This document shows positions 15,313 to 15,464 of a stretch of 15,464 nucleotides of DNA, piece by piece. Source of the stretch: a bacterium (GTDB taxonomy: Bacteria > Patescibacteriota > Patescibacteriia > UBA1558 > S5-K13); contig JAKPTO010000010.1 of NCBI GenBank assembly GCA_029555085.1, positions 1 to 15,464 of the forward strand. The letters are read 5' to 3'. The translations under genes and the position numbers were made by a program. The first letter of the stretch is position 1. Each line of letters starts with the position of its first letter. A model generated the notes under the pieces. It ran no database searches. It had not been told where the DNA came from and saw only the letters and a list, made by a program, of their open reading frames with translations.

Positions 15313-15452
15313 AAAATAGGCGTTAACGTTTTGCGTGTATAAGAAGTGGTGGAATTTGAAACCGAAACTTTCAACAAACGCAGAACTTAATTAGAATTAA
15401 AAAACTTTAAATTAACCGAGAAATCCGCCATTTTTTATACACGCTGTTAGTG
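15313..15452 (+). repeat. attC-like hairpin site 2
   Basis: TAAC 15324-15327 ... 21-bp arms 15333-15353 / 15424-15444 (3 G:T pairs) ... GTTAGTG 15446-15452. The loop begins GGAATTTGAAA as in site 1. Confidence 0.75.
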
Positions 15453-15464
15453 GCTGGGCTTTCT

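Larger units (their letters stand above)
14403..15446 (+). mobile_element. putative integron-like gene cassette (1044 bp)
   Basis: Left end GTTAACGCCTGTTTT (14402-14416) is the reverse complement (14/15) of AAAATAGGCGTTAAC (15313-15327), which opens site 2. Confidence 0.65.

Overview
Very AT-rich, gene-dense window. Essentially all credible genes are on the + strand, short, and preceded by A-rich leaders without Shine-Dalgarno motifs. Several Bacteroidota-type sigma-A promoters (TTTG-N19-21-TAnnTTTG) are present. This fits an accessory/early region of a large Bacteroidota-infecting phage (inference; no hallmark virion or replication gene is in the window). Most genes are hypothetical and many are tandem paralogues (four families). 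Two things stand out. (1) 12209-13930: a catalytically intact Cas12f/TnpB-family RuvC nuclease, followed by its own promoter, a structured tracrRNA-like region with two anti-repeat segments, and a single 36-nt GTTG...CAAC CRISPR-type repeat plus candidate guide. There is no cas1/2/4 or transposase, so it looks like a minimal phage-borne RNA-guided nuclease. (2) 14311-15452: two homologous attC-like long hairpins whose outer ends are swapped as expected for an integrated gene cassette. They enclose a 1044-bp two-gene module with its own promoter and twin operators. Also present: an orphan HicB-like gene, a DfrB(R67)-like SH3 protein, three WG-repeat-like paralogues with a conserved N-terminal peptide, and two frameshifted genes.
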